Made by a program: the position numbers and the translations under genes. DNA of 64,000 nucleotides. It comes from an uncultured Chloroflexia bacterium (GTDB taxonomy: Bacteria > Chloroflexota > Limnocylindria > Limnocylindrales > CSP1-4). The stretch lies in NCBI GenBank assembly GCA_963819655.1, contig CAWFXA010000002.1, positions 736,001 to 800,000 on the forward strand, given 5' to 3'. This document shows, piece by piece, positions 18,554-29,795 of this stretch. The notes beneath the pieces were generated by a model. It had not been told where the DNA came from and made no database searches. It worked only from the letters and a program-made list of their open reading frames with translations. Positions within the stretch are counted from its first letter, which is position 1. Each line of letters starts with the position of its first letter.

Positions 18554-18991
18554 GTGGGTTTTCCCGATCAGATCGAGCGCACCGTCGAGCTCGCGCATCC
18601 GCCGGCCAGGGTGTGGTCGGCACTGACCACCGCCGAGGGCCTCGGCACGTGGTTCGGCAATGCAGCCACGATCGACCTGCGGCCCGGTGGCGCTGCCCAC
18701 ATGACCTGGACCGGCGGCGAGAAGGCGTCGATGCGCATCGAACGAGTCGAAGAGCCGACGGTATTCGGCTTCACCTGGGGCATCTACGGCCTTCCGGACG
18801 ACGATCCGCGCCACACCTACGTCGAGTTCACGCTCGAGCCGACGACCGCCGGCACCCGGTTGACCGTCGTGGAATCGGGCTTCGCGCAGTTGCCGGAGGA
18901 CCGCTACCGCACAGCCTTCGACGCCAACACCGACGGCTGGGCCAGCGAGTTGGGCGAGCTGGTCGAGTACCTCGATGCCACCGCGGCCTGA
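18554..18991 (+). CDS. SRPBCC-domain protein
   Basis: IERTVELAHPPARVWSALT...TRLTVVESGF...GWASEL. Confidence 0.9.
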   Translation: MGFPDQIERTVELAHPPARVWSALTTAEGLGTWFGNAATIDLRPGGAAHMTWTGGEKASMRIERVEEPTVFGFTWGIYGLPDDDPRHTYVEFTLEPTTAGTRLTVVESGFAQLPEDRYRTAFDANTDGWASELGELVEYLDATAA

Positions 18992-19358
18992 CGCTGAGGC
19001 TGTTGCCGAAGAAGTCTTCACCGCCCTGGCCGACCCAAGCCGGCGGGCGATCCTTGCCGCGCTCGCGGCCGATGGTCCCGCCACTGCCACGGATCTGGCC
19101 ACGCGTCTGCCCATCACCCGTCAAGCCATCGCCAAACACCTGGTGCTGCTTTCCGAAGCCGGGCTGGTAGCGGCTGAATCGGGAGAGCGCCGCCGGGTCC
19201 GCTACCGGCTTCGCTCCGCCCCCATGCAGGTGGCGCAACAGTTCCTGGCCGCTCTGGCCCGGGACTGGGACCGCCAGCTCGATGCGCTCAAGGACCACCT
19301 CAACGCCGTCGTGGCCGTTCAGCCCACGCGAAGGAACAAGGGAAAGAAACAGTCATGA
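18975..19358 (+). CDS. ArsR-family regulator
   Basis: VFTALADPSRRAIL...TRQAIAKHLVLLSEAGLV. Confidence 0.9.
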   Translation: MPPRPDAEAVAEEVFTALADPSRRAILAALAADGPATATDLATRLPITRQAIAKHLVLLSEAGLVAAESGERRRVRYRLRSAPMQVAQQFLAALARDWDRQLDALKDHLNAVVAVQPTRRNKGKKQS

Positions 19359-20161
19359 GCAACGACGTTTCAACTGCCTGGATCCGTCCTCCGGAATGGC
19401 TGCCAGATCAGCATTCTGTGACCGATCACAGGATCGGAACGCGAGAAGAGTGGGCGGCCGAGCGCGAGGAGCTGCTCACCCGCGAGAAGGAGCACACCAG
19501 GCTGGGCGACGAGCTGGCGCGCCAGCGACGCGAGCTGCCGTGGGTCCGCGTCGAGAAGGACTACCGCCTTGACACCGACGACGGCCCACGCGCGTTTGCG
19601 GAGCTTTTTGATGGCCGCAGTCAGCTCCTCATCTACCACTTCATGTTCGGCCCGACCTACCAGGCCGGCTGCCCGATCAACTCGTCGATCGCGGACAGCG
19701 TCAATGGCCTCATCCCACACCTGAACGCGCGCGACGTGACGATGCTGTTCGTGTCGCAGGCTCCGCTCGAGAAGTTGCAGGCGTACAAGAGGCGCATGGG
19801 CTGGACCTTTCCGTGGGCGTCATCGGCCAACAACGACTTCAACCACGATCTCGGCTACTCGATCAGCGAGGAACAGGCCCGCGCATGGGTTGCGCAGAAC
19901 CTCGGGTCCCTGCCGCCGATCGTGGACCGCAATGCCAGCGCGAGCGGCACCGACGTCGCCGGCTACCTGACGGAGAGCCCCGGCTTCAGCGCCTTCGTCG
20001 TGGACGACGGGGTCGCATACCAGACCTACCAGACCTGGTGGCGTGGACTCGAGTTCCTGATGGGCTACTACCCGATCCTTGACCGGACCCCGAAAGGCCG
20101 TGACGAGGACGATGGGTTCCAGCTCTGGATCCGCCGCCATGACGAGTACGAGGGCCAGTGA
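19355..20161 (+). CDS. DUF899 thioredoxin-like protein
   Basis: REELLTREKE, LFDGRSQLLIYHFMF, LDRTPKGRDE, RRHDEY. Confidence 0.9.
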   Translation: MSNDVSTAWIRPPEWLPDQHSVTDHRIGTREEWAAEREELLTREKEHTRLGDELARQRRELPWVRVEKDYRLDTDDGPRAFAELFDGRSQLLIYHFMFGPTYQAGCPINSSIADSVNGLIPHLNARDVTMLFVSQAPLEKLQAYKRRMGWTFPWASSANNDFNHDLGYSISEEQARAWVAQNLGSLPPIVDRNASASGTDVAGYLTESPGFSAFVVDDGVAYQTYQTWWRGLEFLMGYYPILDRTPKGRDEDDGFQLWIRRHDEYEGQ

Positions 20162-20345
20162 AAACCACGAGAACGCGCAAGGGAAAGAGGAAGATCGTCT
20201 CAGGGGCGGTGCGATACACCCGCTCCCTCGGTGCGCGCCGAGAACCGAGTGCTCGAGACCGTCGAGCCCACGACCAGCGCTGTCTGGATCCGCACCCTCG
20301 GCGAACGGACTACGGCCGGTAGTCTCCGACTCGGAGGTGGCCTCG

Positions 20346-20999
20346 ATGCCCGACGAGCCTACTGAGGAGCCGCGCGCCCCGATGGGCGAGCCACCCGGAT
20401 CTGACTGGGCCGCCTACTACCGGTCCACGATCGGGCGCGAGCCGCGCCCCCTGTTCGAGAAAGGCATAGCCGCGGTCAAGGCGGCCGGGGTCGCACCGGG
20501 GCAGGCGATCGAGATCGGATTCGGCGATGGGCGGGAGACGCTCGCCCTCCTGGAGGCTGGCTGGCGTGTACTGGCCATCGACCCCGCGCCGGCGGCGGCC
20601 GAGGTCCTGCAATCGCAGGTGCCGGCTCATGCCGCCGGTCGCCTCGAGATCCGATCCGTGCCGGCGCAGGACGCCGACCTGCTGCCGTTCGACCTCCTCT
20701 ACGCGGGGTACTCGCTCCCGTTCCTGGGTGCCGACGCGTTCGATCGGTTCTGGAACGCTGCCCGCGACCGGCTGCGTCCCGGCGGCATCCTCGTCGTCAA
20801 CTTCTTCGGCCCGCGCGATTCATGGGCCGGACGGGAGGGCATGCGCTTCATCGACATCGATGCCGTGCGCCGGCTTGTCGACGGCCTCGAGCTCCTCGCG
20901 CTCGACGAGGAGGACCAGGACGGGAATTCGTTCCTCGGCCCGAAGCATTGGCACGTCTTCGACGTCATCGTCCGGCGATCGCCAGAGCCGACCGGATGA
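20346..20999 (+). CDS. Class I SAM-dependent methyltransferase
   Basis: EIGFGDGRE motif I, LRPGG, KHWHVFDV; GGAGG RBS. Confidence 0.85.
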   Translation: MPDEPTEEPRAPMGEPPGSDWAAYYRSTIGREPRPLFEKGIAAVKAAGVAPGQAIEIGFGDGRETLALLEAGWRVLAIDPAPAAAEVLQSQVPAHAAGRLEIRSVPAQDADLLPFDLLYAGYSLPFLGADAFDRFWNAARDRLRPGGILVVNFFGPRDSWAGREGMRFIDIDAVRRLVDGLELLALDEEDQDGNSFLGPKHWHVFDVIVRRSPEPTG

Positions 21000-21270
21000 G
21001 CGTCCCAACGACCAACGTGCGCGAACGCTCGAGCGGCTCGGTCGCGGCGGGTCCCTTTGATGGTGCGTTGAAGCCAGCGAAGCGGACGGAGCGATAATTC
21101 ATCCGAAACGGATGAGAACGCGGAGCGGCAGGCTGCGAGCATGGGTCGACTGCGGTACCCCGAGGAGCGTCCCCAGGGCCACGGCAACGCCGGAGCCCGC
21201 TAGGCTGACGAGCGAACAGCTCTCAGAGAAGGCAAGGCGCCATCTAAGCACGGACCGGAGGCGATGAAAG

Positions 21271-22869
21271 ATGTCCGAGGGTGCGAACGCCAGCGAGCAT
21301 GCAGAGGCACCGGGCACCAGTCTGCTCGCCATCTTGTTGGCGATGGCGATGTTCGTGCTGGTCGTCGACACGTCGATCATGAACGTCTCGATCTCGGCGG
21401 TGGTCGCCGATCTCGGCACCGACGTGAGCGCCATCCAGGCCGCGATCGCTCTCGAGGCCTTGGTATCGGCGGCATTCATCCTGATCGGCAGCAAGATCGG
21501 CGACCTCTTCGGACGCAAGCGGGCCTACGTCCTGGGCCTCCTCGCATACGCGATCGGCGCGCTGGCGATGGCCCTGGGCCAAAGCGTGACGGCCATCTTC
21601 ATCCTCTGGGCCGTGGTGGGTGGCCTCGGAGCGTCGCTCCTGCTGCCTGCGATGCAGTCGCTCATCCACGGCAACTTCGAAGGGGCGGCCCAGAAGGCGA
21701 CATACGCCCTCGTGGGCGCGGCCGCAGCTATCGCAGCCGCTGTGGGACCCCTGATCGGGGGCTTCATCACCACGTTCCTGTCCTACCGCGTCGCATTCCT
21801 GCTCGAGGTCGTGATCATCGCGATCGTGCTGTCGGGCATCAGACTCGTTCGTGACGCGCCCTACACGGGCCCGCGCCAGATCGACCTCGTCGGCTCCGTT
21901 CTCTCGGTCTTCGGCATGGGCGGCCTGGTGCTGAGCATCCTCGTGTGGCAGGAGGGTGGCGAAGCCGTCGGCCTCCTTCTGGCGATCGGCGCGATCTCCC
22001 TTGCCGGGCTCGCGTACTGGCTCACGCGCCGGAAGCGCGAGGGCAAGCCGACGTTGATCGATCCGGATCTGTTCATGTCAAAGCTGTTCAGGTTCGGGAT
22101 CTCCGGGCAGGGCCTCCAAAACATCGCGCTCGGTGGCATGATGATCACCATCCCGATCTACCTGCAGATGGTCCTGGAATACAACGCGCTGCAGGCGGGC
22201 CTGTCGCTGGCCCCGCTCTCGCTCAGCATGTTCGGGACGGCGATCGTCGCCGGCAGGCGGGCGGGAGCGCGGCGGCCAAGCAGCATCATCAGAGCCGGAT
22301 TCGTGCTCCTGCTGGTCGGGCTGCTCCTGTTGATCCCGATCGTGCCCCGCGCCGATGCCGGCTGGTATCTCGCGTTCCCGCTGGTGATCGCAGGGATCGG
22401 GCTGGGGCTGCTCGTCTCCCAGCTCAATAACTACACCCTCGCGCCGATCGACGAGGAGCGGGTCAGCGAAGCCGCCGGCGTGAACTCGGCGGCAGGCTCA
22501 TTCGGGCTGTCGTTCGGCTTGGCGTTCGCCGGCGCGATCATGCTGGCAGCTCTGGCATTCAACTTCACGGCCTTGGCGGAAGGGAGCACTGTGCTCTCCC
22601 CGGCTCAGCAGCAGCATGTCGCTGCTGCGCTGGAGCACGACGCTGAGGTGATGACGAACACCGATCTCGAACTGCTGCTCGTCGACCAACCACCGGCCGT
22701 CCAGGACGAGATCATCCGCATCAACACCGAGGCGCGACCGCTGGCGCTGCAGGTGGCGCTGCTCATCCCGATCCTGGCGAGTCTCCTCGGGCTGGTCGTG
22801 TCGTTCCGGATGATCCGTCTCCCGGACCCCGTGTCATCGGGCGCGGCCGAGGGGCTAGCGCTCGGCTAA
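21271..22869 (+). CDS. MFS transporter (DHA2-like, 14 TM)
   Basis: VDTSIMNVSI, GSKIGDLFGRKR, AVGPLIGG. Confidence 0.92.
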   Translation: MSEGANASEHAEAPGTSLLAILLAMAMFVLVVDTSIMNVSISAVVADLGTDVSAIQAAIALEALVSAAFILIGSKIGDLFGRKRAYVLGLLAYAIGALAMALGQSVTAIFILWAVVGGLGASLLLPAMQSLIHGNFEGAAQKATYALVGAAAAIAAAVGPLIGGFITTFLSYRVAFLLEVVIIAIVLSGIRLVRDAPYTGPRQIDLVGSVLSVFGMGGLVLSILVWQEGGEAVGLLLAIGAISLAGLAYWLTRRKREGKPTLIDPDLFMSKLFRFGISGQGLQNIALGGMMITIPIYLQMVLEYNALQAGLSLAPLSLSMFGTAIVAGRRAGARRPSSIIRAGFVLLLVGLLLLIPIVPRADAGWYLAFPLVIAGIGLGLLVSQLNNYTLAPIDEERVSEAAGVNSAAGSFGLSFGLAFAGAIMLAALAFNFTALAEGSTVLSPAQQQHVAAALEHDAEVMTNTDLELLLVDQPPAVQDEIIRINTEARPLALQVALLIPILASLLGLVVSFRMIRLPDPVSSGAAEGLALG

Positions 22870-24594
22870 GTCGGCGGCCGCGTGGCCCCCACTCCGTCTT
22901 GTCCCTCACGGAGGAACGCCTCGACACCCTCGGTCACGGATGCATACAGGTGGCCCTGGTCGATCGTCTCGAGCAGCCCGAAGCGCACGATCGTGTCCCT
23001 GACGCTCGTCGGGAGCTCCGCGAACGCGAGGTGGATCCCCTGCGCATTCAGCTCGAGATCGAGGTCCGTGAGCATCGTCGCGGCGGTCGTATCGATGTCG
23101 GTGATCGGCTCAGCGGCGACGAGGATCCACGTAGGCGGGGCGTCAGCGGCTTTGACGAGCTCGCGGATGCGGTCGCGGAACTGGTTCGCGTTCGCGAAGA
23201 AGAGCGGTGCGGACCAGCGGACGATGAGCAGCCCCGGAACCTGTTCCGTGTCGGGATAGTGCCGGATGTCGTGCCAGCCGGGGACGCCAGCTGGCTTCCC
23301 GAGGACCGTCGAGTACGGTGCCGCGACTCGCGCGAAGATGTAGACGGCCGACAGGGCCACGGCGATGACGATGCCGAGGAGGACGCCGAGGAACATGACC
23401 CCCAGGGCACACGCGACGGCGAGCCCGAACTCTGTTCGCTGCACCCGATACAGCCGGCGCAGCGCGGCGGCGTCGAACAGGCTGATCGATGCGGCGATGA
23501 CGACCGCCGCGAGGACCGGCTGCGGCATGGCCTGGACGAGGCCCGGCGCGAACAGGAGCATCCCCACGACGAGGGCCGCCGCGATCAGGCCGGTCAGCTG
23601 CGTCTTCGCCCCGGACTGGAACGCGACCGCGGTGCGCGATCCGCTCGTGCTCACGGGAAAGCCCGTGAACATCCCCGCCGCCAGGTTGGCCGACCCGATC
23701 CCGACGAGCTCCTGGTCGCCGTCCACCTCGTAGCCAGCGCGCCTGGAGAAGCCACCGGACGTCGAGATCGTGTCGCCCATGGCGACCAGCGAGATGCCGA
23801 GCGCCGACGCGAACAACAGCGGGAGGTCCGTCGCCTCGACAGCAGGGAATGCCGGCACGGGGAAGCCCTGGGGCAGGACGCCGATGACGTCGACGCCGCG
23901 CGCGGCGAGGTCGAGCACGACGGAGAACCCGATAGCGACGACGACGGCGACCAGGATTCCGGGCGTCTTGGGTGCCAGCCACTTGAGGCCAAGGATGAGG
24001 ACCAGGCTGAGCAGGCCGATCCCGAGCGCCCACGGGTTCGTCATCTCGAGATCGCCGAGGAACGCGCCCACCTCGCCGACGAGTCCGTCGGCATCGGTCG
24101 AGAAGCCGAAGAGCTTAGGCAGCTGGCTGATGAGGATGACCACCGCGAGACCGGCCAGGTACCCGGTCCGGACCGGATTCGAGAGGAGGTCGGCGACGAA
24201 CCCCAGCTTGAGAGCGCCGGCGCTGACGGTGACGGCGCCCACGAGGAGCGCGAGCATGCCCGGCGAGGGCGATCGCCTGTTCCGGGTCACCGGCGGCGAG
24301 CGGCAGGATCGTCGCGGCGATCATCGGACCCAGCGACGAGTCCGGCCCGAGGACCAGGATCGGCGACGGTCCGACGAGGGCGTACGCGATGAGGCACAGG
24401 ACCGTCGTGTAGAGCCCGGTGATGGCGGGCAGTCCGGCCAGCTCCGCGTACGCCATCCCCTGCGGGACGAGTAGCGTGACGAGGACGATCCCCGCGATCA
24501 GGTCACGGGACAGCCATGACCGTTCGTACGTCCGGATGACCCGGACGCCCGGCACCCACCGCTCGACCCGTGCACGCGCGGGGCTCGCCGTCAT
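22866..24594 (-). CDS. SulP/SLC26 anion transporter with STAS domain; +1 frameshift at ~24260
   Basis: DLIAGIVL...PQGMAYAELAGLP...GLY, SGSRT, LFFANA, DIDTTA; frame switch at GCCGGGCATG. Confidence 0.88.
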
Positions 24595-24837
24595 GTCGGA
24601 CTCAACCCCAGTCCTGGCATCGCGCAGCGCTCTGTGCCGACGACCTACTCCGGCGTCGTTTTCGCGGATGCATCGGGATGCTAACTCCCGGATGATGTGA
24701 CACGACTTCCGATGTGTATCCTGATGGACGTAGTCCAATGGGGGTGATTTCGGGGCGTCTCCTGACCTCCAAACTTCACACCGTCGTGCGCGGCAGTCAC
24801 CGAGCGGATCGCGGACGCGGTCAGCTGGGGAGGATCC

Positions 24838-25839
24838 ATGGGGTACAACCTTCGGAATCGCAACTTCACGAAGTTGCTCGACTTCAGCCCGCGCGAGATC
24901 CACTACTTGCTGGACCTCTCCCGTGACCTGAAGCGGGCGAAGTACGGCGGGTACGAACAGCAGCACCTGCGCGGCAAGAACATCGCGATCATCTTCGAGA
25001 AGACCTCGACGCGGACGCGCGTGTCGTTCGAGGTCGCCGCGTACGACCAGGGTGCCCACGTCACCTACCTCGGCCCCGAGGGCTCGCAGATCGGCCACAA
25101 GGAGTCGATGAAAGACACGGCCCGCGTCCTGGGTCGCATCTTCGATGGGATCGAGTACCGGGGCTTCGGGCAAGAGATCGTCGAGGAGCTGGCCGACTAC
25201 GCGGGGGTCCCGGTGTGGAACGGCCTGACCGATGAGTTCCACCCGACGCAGATCCTCGCCGACGTCCTGACCATGACCGAGTTCTCAGACAAGCCGATGA
25301 CGGAGATCGCCTACTGCTACCTCGGCGACGCTCGCAACAACATGGGCGACTCCCTGCTTGTCGGCGGCGCCAAGCTCGGCATGGACGTCCGATTGTGCGC
25401 CCCCAAGGCGCTCTGGCCGGCCGACGACCTGCTGGCCACCTGCCGCACGATCGCCGAGGAGACTGGGGCGCGGATCACCCTTACGGAGGACACGGAGGAA
25501 GGCGTCAAGGGCGTCGACTACCTCTATACCGATGTCTGGGTGTCGATGGGCGAGGACAAGTCCGTCTGGGATGAGCGGGTGAAGCTGCTCCTGCCATACC
25601 AGATCAACGCCGAGCTCATTGCGAAGACCGGCAATCCCCAGGTGAAGTTCATGCACTGTCTGCCGGCATTCCACGACCGCCACACCAAGGTCGGCGAGGA
25701 GATGTTCGAGCGCTTCGGCCTTGACGGGATGGAGGTCACGAACGACGTCTTCGAGTCCGAGCGAGCGATCGTCTGGGACCAGGCCGAGAACCGGATGCAC
25801 ACGATCAAGGCCGTGATGGTCGCGACGATCGGCTTGTAG
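24838..25839 (+). CDS. arcB: Ornithine carbamoyltransferase (catabolic context)
   Basis: [31 protein letters not shown]. Confidence 0.96.
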   Translation: MGYNLRNRNFTKLLDFSPREIHYLLDLSRDLKRAKYGGYEQQHLRGKNIAIIFEKTSTRTRVSFEVAAYDQGAHVTYLGPEGSQIGHKESMKDTARVLGRIFDGIEYRGFGQEIVEELADYAGVPVWNGLTDEFHPTQILADVLTMTEFSDKPMTEIAYCYLGDARNNMGDSLLVGGAKLGMDVRLCAPKALWPADDLLATCRTIAEETGARITLTEDTEEGVKGVDYLYTDVWVSMGEDKSVWDERVKLLLPYQINAELIAKTGNPQVKFMHCLPAFHDRHTKVGEEMFERFGLDGMEVTNDVFESERAIVWDQAENRMHTIKAVMVATIGL

Positions 25840-25861
25840 CGGCGGCAGCGAGGTCGGATCG

Positions 25862-26785
25862 ATGCGTATCGTCATCGCCCTCGGTGGCAACGCCCTGCTG
25901 AAGCGGGGCGAGCCGATGACCGCCGGGCATCAGCGGGCCAACGTCCGGGTCGGGGCCGAAGCCCTCGCCCGGGTCGCGCGCGAGCACGAGCTCGTCATCT
26001 CCCACGGCAACGGTCCGCAGGTCGGCCTGCTTGCCCTCCAGGGCGAGGCCTACAAAGAGGTCGAGAGCTATCCGCTCGACGTCCTCGGCGCGGAGACCCA
26101 AGGCATGATCGGCTACCTCGTCGAGCAGGAGGTCGGTAACCTGCTGCCCGAGGAGCGGCCGCTTGCCACGATCCTCACGATGGTCGAGGTCGACCCCGAC
26201 GACCCGGCCTTCACCGACCCGACGAAGTTCGTCGGGCCGATCTACGACGAGGCCCAGGCGACGGCGCTGGCCGCCGACAAGGGCTGGTCCGTCAAACCGG
26301 ACGGCGCGTACTGGCGGCGGGTCGTCCCGTCTCCCCGGCCAAAGCGGATCTTCGAGATCCGGCCGATGCGCTGGCTGCTCGAACAGGGCGCCGTCGTCAT
26401 CTGCGCCGGGGGCGGCGGTATCCCGACGATGTACGCTCGCGATCGGGAGCGCTACCTCGTCGGGATCGAGGCGGTCATCGACAAGGACCTCGCAAGCAGT
26501 CTGCTCGCCCGCGAGCTCGACGCCGACCTGTTCGTCATGGCCACTGACGTCGATGGGGTGTACACCGACTGGGGCACGCCCGCACAAGCGCGCATCGAAC
26601 GGGCGACGCCGGATCAGCTCAAGGCGATGGACCTGCCCGCCGGCTCGATGGGCCCGAAGGTCGACGCCGCCGTGGAGTTCGTGACGGCGACCGGGAAACG
26701 CTCCGCCATCGGGTCGCTCGAGGAGATCGACGGATTGGTGGAAGGGAGCGGCGGCACACAGGTCGTTGCGAAGGAGGAAGTCTGA
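25862..26785 (+). CDS. arcC: Carbamate kinase
   Basis: [38 protein letters not shown]. Confidence 0.96.
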   Translation: MRIVIALGGNALLKRGEPMTAGHQRANVRVGAEALARVAREHELVISHGNGPQVGLLALQGEAYKEVESYPLDVLGAETQGMIGYLVEQEVGNLLPEERPLATILTMVEVDPDDPAFTDPTKFVGPIYDEAQATALAADKGWSVKPDGAYWRRVVPSPRPKRIFEIRPMRWLLEQGAVVICAGGGGIPTMYARDRERYLVGIEAVIDKDLASSLLARELDADLFVMATDVDGVYTDWGTPAQARIERATPDQLKAMDLPAGSMGPKVDAAVEFVTATGKRSAIGSLEEIDGLVEGSGGTQVVAKEEV

Positions 26786-28047
26786 TGGCGTCGTTCGGCG
26801 TGCACTCGGAGGTGGGCAAGCTCCGCACGGTCATCGTCCACCGGCCCGATCTCAGCCTCAAGCGGCTGACGCCGGGCAACCACGATGAGCTGCTGTTCGA
26901 CGACGTCCTATGGGTCGAGCGCGCTCAGTGGGAGCACGACCAGTTCGTCGCCCGCATGCGCGAGCGCGGCGTCGAGGTGCTCTACGTTCAGGACCTGCTG
27001 ACCGAGGCGCTCGCCACCGGCGAGGAGGTCCGTCGCCGGCTCATCGAGCTCGTCGCGTCCGAGGCGGTCGTCGGGCCCAGCCTCGTTGAGGCGGTAGGCG
27101 CCTGCCTGTCGAGCTTCCAGCCCGACGCGCTGGCCCGCCACCTGATCGGCGGGCTGACGGTGGCCGAGTCCGGCCTCGACCTCGGACGGCTCAAGGGCTC
27201 ATCGCTCATCTCGGCGGCCATCGACGACGACTCCACCTTCGTCCTGCCACCGCTGCCGAACTCCCTCTTCACCCGCGACTCGTCGTGCTGGATCTACGGC
27301 GGCGTCTCGATCAATCCCATGTATTGGCCGGCGCGTCGCCGCGAGGCTTACAACATGGGCGCGATCTACCGAGCGCATCCCAAGTTCCGGGACGCGTCGT
27401 TCGAATACTGGTATCCGCCGATGGGCGACGACGACCGCTTCCGGCTCGAGGACTTCGGCCGGGCGTCGCTCGAGGGCGGCGATGTCGAGATCATCGGCAA
27501 AGGGACGGTGGCGATCGGGATGTCGGAGCGGACGACCGGGCGGATGATCGAGCAGATCGCCCGGTCGCTCTTTGCCAAGGGGGGAGCGGAGCGAGTCATC
27601 GCCGCGGTCATGACGAAAGACCGCGCCCACATGCACCTCGACACGGTGTTCACGCTCCTCGACCGCGACAAAGCCACCGCATTCCCGCAGGTCGTTGCAG
27701 GGATCAGGGCGTTCAGTCTCAGACCGGGCCCCAAGCCCGGGACGCTGGACGTTCGCGAGGAAAAGGACTTCATCTCAGCGGTCGGGGACGCGCTGGGCGT
27801 CAAGAAGCTCCATGTCGTCGAGACCGGCGGCGATTCGTACCAGCAGGCCCGCGAGCAGTGGGACGACGGCAACAACGTCGTCGCTCTGGAGCCGGGCGTC
27901 GTCGTCGCGTATGAGCGCAACACGTTCACGATCTCGAAGATGCGCGAGGCGGGGGTCGAGGTCGTCACGATCGAGGGCTTCGAGTTGGGCAAGGGCCGTG
28001 GGGGTGGGCACTGCATGACCTGTCCGGTCGTGCGCGACCCGATCTGA
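26785..28047 (+). CDS. arcA: Arginine deiminase
   Basis: HSEVGKL, LLFDD, FTRD, EGGD, MHLDTVF, GRGGGHCMTCP. Confidence 0.97.
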   Translation: MASFGVHSEVGKLRTVIVHRPDLSLKRLTPGNHDELLFDDVLWVERAQWEHDQFVARMRERGVEVLYVQDLLTEALATGEEVRRRLIELVASEAVVGPSLVEAVGACLSSFQPDALARHLIGGLTVAESGLDLGRLKGSSLISAAIDDDSTFVLPPLPNSLFTRDSSCWIYGGVSINPMYWPARRREAYNMGAIYRAHPKFRDASFEYWYPPMGDDDRFRLEDFGRASLEGGDVEIIGKGTVAIGMSERTTGRMIEQIARSLFAKGGAERVIAAVMTKDRAHMHLDTVFTLLDRDKATAFPQVVAGIRAFSLRPGPKPGTLDVREEKDFISAVGDALGVKKLHVVETGGDSYQQAREQWDDGNNVVALEPGVVVAYERNTFTISKMREAGVEVVTIEGFELGKGRGGGHCMTCPVVRDPI

Positions 28048-28058
28048 GGGAGGACGCC

Positions 28059-28199
28059 ATGGACCGCTCGACCCGCTGGATCGTCGGCATCCTCGCCGTG
28101 GTGGGGATCGTGGCCCTTGTGGCGTTCGCGCGGGGAGGTGCGGAACGTGGCAACCCTGACGCATCTCCGCCGGCGGTGATCGTGCACATCACCGCCTGA
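28059..28199 (+). CDS. Small single-TM protein (46 aa), absent from the ORF track
   Basis: GGGAGGA RBS; MDRSTRWIVGILAVVGIVALVAFARGG... Confidence 0.65.
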   Translation: MDRSTRWIVGILAVVGIVALVAFARGGAERGNPDASPPAVIVHITA

Positions 28200-28241
28200 T
28201 ACGGTGGCGAATGATCGGGGGCACCTGGGAGGGGCACGTCG

Positions 28242-29795
28242 ATGACTGACGACACCGGCGCCGGCAAGACGCCAGACGCGGCGCGTTTGCCGCGCGAGCC
28301 GTCCCTGCTGGACTCACTCATCCCGCTCGTCACGCTGATCGGGCTCATCGTCCTGACGATCGCCCTGTTCGGGACCGACGCGACGAGCGGGCCGTTGCAG
28401 GTCGCGCTGCTCACGAGTGCCGTGGTCGCCGGCCTGGTCGCATACAAGAATGGCTTCGCCGTCTCCCGCATCCGCGAGGCGGCGATCGGGGGCGTGTCCT
28501 CCGGGATGAGCGCCCTGTTCATCCTCCTCGCCGTCGGAGCGCTGATCGGAACATGGAACATGGCGGGCACGATCCCGACCGTGGTCTACGCTGGCCTCGG
28601 GCTGCTGAGCGCGACCTGGTTCTACCCCGCGACCGCGATCGTCTGCGGCCTTGTTGGGCTCGCCATCGGCAGCTCCTGGACGACGGCGGCGACGCTCGGT
28701 GTAGCTTTCGTCGCGCTCGCGCCGCTGGTCGGTGCCGATCCGGCCATCACGGCTGGGGCCGTCATCTCGGGTGCCTACTTCGGCGACAAGATGACGCCGG
28801 TCTCGGAGACGACGGTCCTCGTGCCGTCCATGGTCGGCGGCGTGACGACCAATGAGCACATCGGCGCGATGATCTGGACGTCCGGGCCGGCGGTCGTGAT
28901 CGCCATCATCCTGTTCGCCTTCCTTGGCCTCACGACTCCGGCCACGGGACCGGGGTTCAATTCGGCAAGCGCGCAAGCGACGCTCGCCGGCGAGTTCTCG
29001 ATCGGCATCCTCAACATGTTGCCGCTCATCCTGCTCGTCATCTTCTCGATCCGGCGGATCCCGCCGTTCCTGGCGATCTTCAGCTGCGCGCTGTTCGCGG
29101 GCGTATTGGCGTCGTTCACGCAGCCGGCACTCGTGGCGGCGTTCGTCAACCAGCCCGGCCAGGGACCGCTGCTCACCGGGATCGAGGCGATCTACGCGGC
29201 GATGGCGACCGGTTTCGTGTCCACCACCGGCGTCGAGTCGATCGACACTCTCTTCTCGCGCGGTGGGATGGCCGGCATGCTGACGACGATCTGGCTCATC
29301 CTCGGGGCGCTGAGCTTTGCCGCGATCATGGAGGAGGCAGGCTTCCTCGATCGGCTGATCAGGCCGATCGTGGCTCGAGCGAAGACGACCGGGCGACTCA
29401 TCGCGGCCGTCGTCGGCACGTGCGTCGGCCTGAACATCGTCGCCGGCGACCAGTACGTGGCGATCGTGATGCCCAGCCGGGTCTATCGCGCAGAGTTCGC
29501 CCGCCGGGGGATCGCGCCGCGGATGCTGTCGCGCGCGGTGGAGGACTCCGGCACGGTCACCTCTCCGCTCGTGCCATGGAACAGCTGCGGCGCCTACATG
29601 GCGGCCGCGCTAGGGGTCTCCACGTTGGCCTACCTGCCCTTCTGCTTCTTCAACCTGGCGAGCCCTCTCATCTCGCTCCTCTACGGCTTCACCGGGTTCC
29701 GGATCGAGCGCATCCAGCCGACCGGCGAGCCGCCCGCGTCCTCACCGGACATCGGCCCTATCGCGTCGCAGCCCCTGGAGGGAGGCCCAGCTTGA
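28242..29795 (+). CDS. nhaC: NhaC-family antiporter (likely amino-acid exchanger)
   Basis: GSSWTT, SGAYFGDKMTP, EDSGT...PWNSCG. Confidence 0.9.
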   Translation: MTDDTGAGKTPDAARLPREPSLLDSLIPLVTLIGLIVLTIALFGTDATSGPLQVALLTSAVVAGLVAYKNGFAVSRIREAAIGGVSSGMSALFILLAVGALIGTWNMAGTIPTVVYAGLGLLSATWFYPATAIVCGLVGLAIGSSWTTAATLGVAFVALAPLVGADPAITAGAVISGAYFGDKMTPVSETTVLVPSMVGGVTTNEHIGAMIWTSGPAVVIAIILFAFLGLTTPATGPGFNSASAQATLAGEFSIGILNMLPLILLVIFSIRRIPPFLAIFSCALFAGVLASFTQPALVAAFVNQPGQGPLLTGIEAIYAAMATGFVSTTGVESIDTLFSRGGMAGMLTTIWLILGALSFAAIMEEAGFLDRLIRPIVARAKTTGRLIAAVVGTCVGLNIVAGDQYVAIVMPSRVYRAEFARRGIAPRMLSRAVEDSGTVTSPLVPWNSCGAYMAAALGVSTLAYLPFCFFNLASPLISLLYGFTGFRIERIQPTGEPPASSPDIGPIASQPLEGGPA

